Positions 56,201-64,000 of a DNA stretch of 64,000 nt are shown here, piece by piece. The notes beneath the pieces were generated by a model that saw nothing but the letters and a program-made list of their open reading frames with translations, did not search any database and had not been told where the DNA came from. This DNA is from Gordius albopunctatus. Taxonomy: Eukaryota. The stretch spans positions 8,060,001 through 8,124,000 of the forward strand of contig OZ193910.1 of assembly GCA_964276515.1 (NCBI GenBank). The letters run 5' to 3'. The translations under genes were made by a program, and so were the position numbers. The number at the start of each line of letters is the position of its first letter. Within the stretch, counting starts at the first letter, position 1.

Positions 56201-57540
56201 CCGACCTGATTTCCATGATAAAAAGTTAAAATTTATCAGAATTAGAGAACTATTACTTTGAAATCATCCTCGCATAGAGCATGTTTCAAAAATTAAGCAC
56301 TCACGTTGCGATACAACAAACTAATCGCAACAATATAACGTTGTCTTTTCTCAAAATGATAGTTCTCGCAGCTTGAAACTTCTTATATGGAGTCGATCGA
56401 GAATAATATTATTCTCAAATGAGCTTACTTTTAAATATTTTTTCAAGCTCTTTTATATAAAATAACAAAAATTATATTTTTTTAGCTCCGAATAATTCAC
56501 AATATTTTCCTTTCAACCATATTCATCCAATGAAAGTTTTATTTTCCGACCTGATTTCCATGATAAAAAGTTGAAATTTATCCGAATTAGAGAACTATTA
56601 CTTTGAAATCATCATCGCATAGAGAATGTTTAAAATTAAGCACTCACGTTGCGATACAACAAACTAATCGCAACAATATAACGTTGTCTTTTCTCAAAAT
56701 GATAGTTATCTCAGTTTGAAACTTCTTATATGGAGTCGATCGAGAAAAATAGGATTCTCAAATGAGCTTACTTTTTTATATTTTTTCAAGCTCTTTTACA
56801 TAAAATAACAAAAAATATGATTTTTCAGGTTAAAATAATTCACAATTTTTTCCTTTCATTCATATTCAACCGATGAAAGTTTTTATTTTCAGACGTGATT
56901 TCCATGATTTAAAGTTAAAATTTATCAGAATTAGAGAACTATTACTTTGAAATCATCCTCGCATAGAGCATGTTTCAAAAATTAAGCACTCACGTTGCGA
57001 TACAACAAACTAATCGCAACAATATAACGTTGTCTTTTCTCAAAATGATTGTTCTCTCAGCTTGAAACTTCTTATATGGAGTCGATCGAGAAAAATAGGA
57101 TTCTCAAATGAGCTTACTTTTTTATATTTTTTCAAGCTCTTTTACATAAAATAACAAAAATTATATTTTTTTAGCTCCGAATAATTCACAATTTTTTCCT
57201 TTCAAATCATATTCATCCGATGAAAGTTGTTATTTTCAGACGTGATTTCCATGATAAAAAGTTAAAATTTATCAGAATTAGAGAACTATTACTTTTAAAT
57301 CATCATCGCATAGAGCATTTTTCAAAAATTAAGCACTCACGTTGCGATACAACAAACTAATCGCAACAATATAACGTTGACTTTTCTCAAAATGATTGTT
57401 CTCGCAACTTTAAACTTCTTATATGGAGTCGATCGAGAATAATAGGATTCTCAAATGAGCTTACTTTTAAATATTTTTTCAAGCTCTTTTACATAAAATA
57501 ACAAAAATTATATTTTTTTAGCTCCGAATAATTCACAATT
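53220..57540. repeat. Array B second 6-mer duplication (about 2070-bp period), imperfect internally
   Basis: gatagttatctcagtttgaa occurs at 54631/56701, and tcaaaatttatcagaattagaaaactattacattg at 53811/55882. Confidence 0.82.
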
Positions 57541-60500
57541 TTTTGCTTTCAAATCATATTCATCCGATGAAAGTTGTTATTTTCAGACGTGATTTCCATG
57601 ATAAAAAGTTAAATTTTATCAGAATTAGAGAACTATTACTTTGAAATCATCATCGCATAGAGAATGTTTCAAAAATTAAGCACTCACTTTGCGATACAAC
57701 AAACTAATCGCAACAATATAACGTTGACTTTTCTCAAAATGATTGTTCTCGCAACTTTAAACTTCTTATATGGAGTCGATCGAGAATAATAGGATTCTCA
57801 AATGAGCTTACTTTTAAATATTTTTTCAAGCTCTTTTACATAAAATAACAAAAATTATATTTTTTTAGCTCCGAATAATTCACAATTTTTTCCATTCAAC
57901 CATATTCATCCAATGAAAGTTTTATTTTCAGACGTGATTTCCATGATAAAAAGTTAAAATTTATCAGAATTAGAGAACTATTACTTTGAAATCATCATCG
58001 CATAGAGCATGTTTCAAAAATTAAGCACTCACTTTGCGATACAACAAACTAATCGCAACAATATAACGTTGTCTTTTCTCAAAATGATTGTTCTCGCAGC
58101 TTAAAAATTCTTATAAGGAGTCGATCGAGAATAATAGGATTCTCAAATGAGCTTACTTTTATATATTTTTTCAAAATCTTTTACATAAAATAACAAAAAA
58201 TATATTTTTTCAGGTTAAAATAATTCACAATTTTTTCCTTTCAACCATATTCAACCGATGAAATTTGTTATTTTCAGACGTGATTTCCATGATAAAAAGT
58301 CAAAATTTATCAGAATTAGAAAACTATTACATTGAAATCATCATCGCATAGAGCATGTTTCAAAAATTAAGCAGTCACGTTGCGATACAACAAACTAATC
58401 GCAACAATATAACGATGTCTTTTCTCAAAATGAAAGTTCTCGCCGCTTGAAACTTCTTATATGGAGTCGATCGAGAATAATAGGATTCTCAAATTAGCTT
58501 ATTTTTATATATTTTATCAAGCTCTTTTATATAAAATAATAAAAAATATATTATTTAGCTCCGAATAACTCACAATTTTTTCCATTCAACCATATTCATC
58601 CAATGAAAGTTTTATTTTCAGACGTGATTTCCATGATAAAAAGTTAAAATTTATCAGAATTAGAGAACTATTACTTTGAAATCATCATCGCATAGAGCAT
58701 GTTTCAAAAATTAAGCACTCACGTTGCGATACAACAAACTAATCGCAACAATATAACGTTGACTTTTCTCAAAATGATTGTTCTCGCAACTTTAAACTTC
58801 TAATAAGGAGTCGATCGAGAATAATAGGATTCTCAAATTAGCTTATTTTTATATATTTTATCAAGCTCTTTTATATAAAATAACAAAAATTATATTTTTT
58901 CAGGTTAAAATAATTCACAATTTTTTCCATTCAACCATATTCATCCAATGAAAGTTTTATTTTCCGACCTGATTTCCATGATAAAAAGTTAAAATTTATC
59001 AGAATTAGAGAACTATTACTTTGAAATCATCATCGCATAGAGCATGTTTAAATAATTAAGCACTCACGTTGCGATACAACTAATCGCAACAATATAACGT
59101 TGTCTTTTCTCAAAATGATTGTTCTCGCAGCTTAAAACTTCTTATAAGGAGTCGATCGAGATTAATAGGATTCTCAAATCAGCTTACTTTTATATATTTT
59201 TTCAAGCTCTTTTACATAAAATAACAAAAAATATATTTTTCACGTTAAAATAATTCACAATTTTTTCCTTTCAACCATATTCAACCGATGAAAGTTGTTA
59301 TTTTCAGACGTGATTTCCATGATAAAAAGTCAAAATTTATCATAATTAGAAAACTATTACTTTGAAATCATCATCGCATAGAGCATGTTTAAATAATTAA
59401 GCCCTCACGTTGCGATACAACAAATCAATCGCAACAATATAACGTTGTCTTTTCTAAAAATGATTGTTCTCGCAGCTTAAAACTTCTTATAAGGAGTCGA
59501 TCGAGAATAATAGGATTCTCAAATTAGCTTATTTTTATATATTTTATCAAGCTCTTTTATATAAAATAATAAAAAATATATTATTTAGCTCCGAATAACT
59601 CACAATTTTTTCCATTGAACCATATTCATCCAATGAAAGTTTTATTTTCCGACCTGATTTCCATGATAAAAAGTTAAAATTTATCAGAATTAGAGAACTA
59701 TTACTTTGAAATCATCATCGCATAGAGCATGTTTCAAAAATTAAGCACTCACTTTGCGATACAACAAACTAATCGCAACAATATAACGTTGTCTTTTCTC
59801 AAAATGATTGTTCTCGCAGCTTAAAACTTCTTATATGGAGTCGATCGAGAATAATAGGATTCTCAAATGAGCTTACTTTTAAATATTTTTTCAAGCTCTT
59901 TTACATAAAATAACAAAAATTATATTTTTTTAGCTCCGAATAATTCACAATTTTTTGCTTTCAAATCATATTCATCCGATGAAAGTTGTTATTTTCAGAC
60001 GTGATTTCCATGATAAAAAGTTAAATTTTATCAGAATTAGAGAACTATTACTTTGAAATCATCATCGCATAGAGAATGTTTCAAAAATTAAGCACTCACG
60101 TTGCGATACAACAAACTAATCGCAACAATATAACGATGTCTTTTCTCAAAATGAAAGTTCTCGCCGCTTGAAACTTCTTATATGGAGTCGATCGAGAATA
60201 ATAGGATTCTCAAATTAGCTTATTTTTATATATTTTATCAAGCTCTTTTATATAAAATAATAAAAAATATATTATTTAGCTCCGAATAACTCACAATTTT
60301 TTCCATTGAACCATATTCATCCAATGAAAGTTTTATTTTCCGACCTGATTTCCATGATAAAAAGTTAAAATTTATCAGAATTAGAGAACTATTACTTTGA
60401 AATCATCATCGCATAGAGCATGTTTCAAAAATTAAGCACTCACTTTGCGATACAACAAACTAATCGCAACAATATAACGTTGTCTTTTCTCAAAATGATT

Positions 60501-63500
60501 GTTCTCGCAGCTTAAAAATTCTTATAAGGAGTCGATCGAGAATAATAGGATTCTCAAATGAGCTTACTTTTATATATTTTTTCAAAATCTTTTACATAAA
60601 ATAACAAAAAATATATTTTTTCAGGTTAAAATAATTCACAATTTTTTCCTTTCAACCATATTCAACCGATGAAAGTTGTTATTTTCAGACGTGATTTCCA
60701 TGATAAAAAGTCAAAATTTATCAGAATTAGAAAACTATTACTTTGAAATCATCCTCGCATAGAGCATGTTTCAAAAATTAAGCACTCACGTTGCGATACA
60801 ACAAACTAATCGCAACAATATAACGTTGACTTTTCTCAAAATGATTGTTCTCGCAACTTTAAACTTCTAATAAGGAGTCGATCGAGAATAATAGGATTCT
60901 CAAATTAGCTTATTTTTATATATTTTATCAAGCTCTTTTATATAAAATAATAAAAAATATATTATTTAGCTCCGTATAACTCACAATTTTTTCCATTCAA
61001 CCATATTCATCCAATGAAAGTTTTATTTTCAGACGTGATTTCCATGATAAAAAGTTAAAATTTATCAGAATTAGAGAACTATTACTTTGAAATCATCCTC
61101 GCATAGAGCATGTTTCAAAAATTAAGCACTCACGTTGCGATACAACAAACTATTCGCAACAATATAACGTTGTCTTTTCTCAAAATGATAGTTCTCGCCG
61201 CTTGAAACTTCTTATATGGAGTCGATCGAGAATAATAGGATTCTCAAATTAGCTTACTTTTATATATTTTATCAAGCTCTTTTACATAAAATAACAAAAA
61301 TTATATTTTTTTAGCTCCGAATAATTCACAATTTTTTCCTTTCAAATCATATTCATCCGATGAAAGTTGTTATTTTCAGACGTGATTTCCATGATAAAAA
61401 GTTAAAATTTATCAGAATTAGAGAACTATTACTTTGAAATCATCATCGCATAGAGAATGTTTAAAATTAAGCACTCACGTTGCGATACAACAAACTAATC
61501 GCAACAATATAACGTTGACTTTTCTCAAAATGATTGTTCTCGCAACTTTAAACTTCTTATAAGGAGTTAGATCGAGAATAATAGGATTCTCAAATCTGCT
61601 TATTTTTATATATTTTATCAAGCTCTTTTATATAAAATAATAAAAAATATATTATTTAGCTCCGAATAACTCAAAATTTTTTCCATTCAACCATATTCAT
61701 CCAATGAAAGTTTTATTTTCAGACGTGATTTCCATGATAAAAAGTTAAAATTTATCAGAATTAGAGAACTATTACTTTGAAATCATCATCGCATAGAGCA
61801 TGTTTCAAAAATTAAGCACTCACTTTGCGATACAACAAACTAATCGCAACAATATAACGTTGTCTTTTCTCAAAATGATTGTTCTCGCAGCTTAAAAATT
61901 ATTATAAGGAGTCGATCGAGAATAATAGGATTCTCAAATGAGCTTACTTTTATATATTTTTTCAAAATCTTTTACATAAAATAACAAAAAATATATTTTT
62001 TCAGGTTAAAATACTTCACAATTTTTTCCATTCAACCATATTCATCCAATGAAAGTTTTATTTTCCGACCTGATTTCCATGATAAAAAGTCAAAATTTAT
62101 CAGAATTAGAGAACTATTACTTTGAAATCATCATCGCATAGAGCATGTTTCAAAAATTAAGCACTCACTTTGCGATACAACAAACTAATCGCAACAATAT
62201 AACGTTGACTTTTCTCAAAATGATTGTTCTCGCAACTTTTAACTTCTTATATGGAGTCGATCGAGAATAATAGGATTCTCAAATGAGCTTACTTTTAAAT
62301 ATTTTTTCAGGCTCTTTTACATAAAATAACAAAAAATATATTTTTTCAGGTTAAAATAATTCACAATTTTTTCCTTTCAACCATATTCAACCGATGAAAG
62401 TTGTTATTTTCAGACGTGATTTCCATGATAAAAAGTCAAAATTTATCAGAATTAGAAAACTATTACTTTGAAATCATCATCGCATAGAGCATGTTTCAAA
62501 AATTAAGCACTCACTTTGCGATACAACAAACTAATCGCAACAATATAACGTTGTCTTTTCTCAAAATGATAGTTCTCGCAGCTTGAAACTTCTTATATGG
62601 AGTCGATCAAGAAAAATAGGATTCTCAAATTAGCTTACTTTTATATATTTTTTCAAGCTCTTTTACATAAAATAACAAAAAATATATTTTTTCAGGTTAA
62701 AATAATTCACAATTTTTTCCTTTCAAACATATTCATCCGATGAAAGTTTTTATTTTCAGACGTGATTTCCATGATAAAAAGTTAAATTTTATCAGAATTA
62801 GAGAACTATTACTTTGAAATCATCCTCGCATAGAGCATGTTTCAAAAATTAAGCACTCACTTTGCGATACAACAAACTAATCGCAACAATATAACGTTGA
62901 CTTTTCTCAAAATGATTGTTCTCGCAACTTTAAACTTCTTATATGGAGTCGATCGAGAATAATAGGATTCTCAAATGAGCTTACTTCTATATATTTTATC
63001 AAGCTCTTTTACAATAAATAACAAAAATTATATTTTTTTAGCTCCGAATAATTCACAATTTTTTCCATTGAACCATATTCATCCAATGAAAGTTTTATTT
63101 TCCGACCTGATTTCCATGATAAAAAGTTAAAATTTATCAGAATTAGAGAACTATTATTTGAAATCGTCATCGCATAGAGCATGTTTCAAAAATTAAGCAA
63201 TCACTTTGCGATACAACAAACTAATCGCAACAATATAACGTTGTCTTTTCTCAAAATGATAGTTCTCGCAGCTTGAAACTTCTTATATGGAGTCGATCAA
63301 GAAAAATAGGATTCTCAAATCAGCTTACTTTTATATATTTTTTCAAGCTCTTTTACATAAAATAACAAAAAATATATTTTTTCAGGTTAAAATAATTCAC
63401 AATTTTTTCCTTTCAAACATATTCATCCGATGAAAGTTTTTATTTTCAGACGTGATTTCCATGATAAAAAGTTAAATTTTATCAGAATTAGAGAACTATT

Positions 63501-64000
63501 ACTTTGAAATCATCCTCGCATAGAGCATGTTTCAAAAATTAAGCACTCACGTTGCGATACAACAAACTAATCGCAACAATATAACGTTGACTTTTCTCAA
63601 AATGATTGTTCTCGCAACTTTAAACTTCTAATAAGGAGTCGATCGAGAATAATAGGATTCTCAAATTAGCTTATTTTTATATATTTTATCAAGCTCTTTT
63701 ATATAAAATAATAAAAAATATATTATTTAGCTCCGTATAACTCACAATTTTTTCCATTCAACCATATTCATCCAATGAAAGTTTTATTTTCAGACGTGAT
63801 TTCCATGATAAAAAGTTAAAATTTATCAGAATTAGAGAACTATTACTTTGAAATCATCCTCGCATAGAGCATGTTTCAAAAATTAAGCACTCACGTTGCG
63901 ATACAACAAACTATTCGCAACAATATAACGTTGTCTTTTCTCAAAATGATAGTTCTCGCAGCTTGAAACTTCTTATATGGAGTCGATCGAGAATAATAGG

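Larger units (their letters stand above)
36854..64000. repeat. Satellite array B: about 79 tandem copies of a 344-346-bp AT-rich monomer, an inverted diverged homologue of array A (open at the right window edge)
   Basis: aaccatattcatccaatgaaag recurs at 38235, 38579 and 38923 (344-bp step). The monomer aligns collinearly to the reverse complement of A, e.g. B aaatcatcatcgcatagagcatgtttca vs rcA aaatcacgatcgcatagagcttgtttca. Confidence 0.98.

Noticed and set aside
1..64000. CRISPR array or repeat-spacer system
   Set aside because: There are no unique spacers. The entire 344-353-bp unit is repeated and no cas genes are present.
1..64000. Tandem 5S rRNA, tRNA, snRNA or spliced-leader gene array
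   Set aside because: I see no recognisable 5S sequence, cloverleaf, Pol III A/B boxes or leader exon in either monomer. An Rfam search would be the formal test.

Overview
The whole window is AT-rich tandem satellite DNA of eukaryotic (peri)centromeric or heterochromatic type. No credible gene, RNA gene, transposon or CRISPR array is present. Array A (1-36853) has about 104 copies of a 353-bp monomer (about 30% GC by hand count of the first unit). Array B (36854-64000) has about 79 copies of a 344-346-bp monomer. The arrays abut with no spacer. The main observation is that B is a diverged, full-length, collinear homologue of A in the opposite orientation, so the window captures an inverted junction between two independently homogenised subfamilies of one ancestral satellite. 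A few short blocks are much better conserved between the two than the rest. Both arrays have nested higher-order repeats (3-, 4-, 5-, 8- and about 24-mer spacings in A; 2-, 5-, 6-, 8- and 11-mer spacings in B), spatially layered variant sets and diverged edge monomers. A also has one apparent conversion tract. The repeated 67-aa ORF is a by-product of the A monomer. I cannot name the organism or satellite family from the sequence alone.
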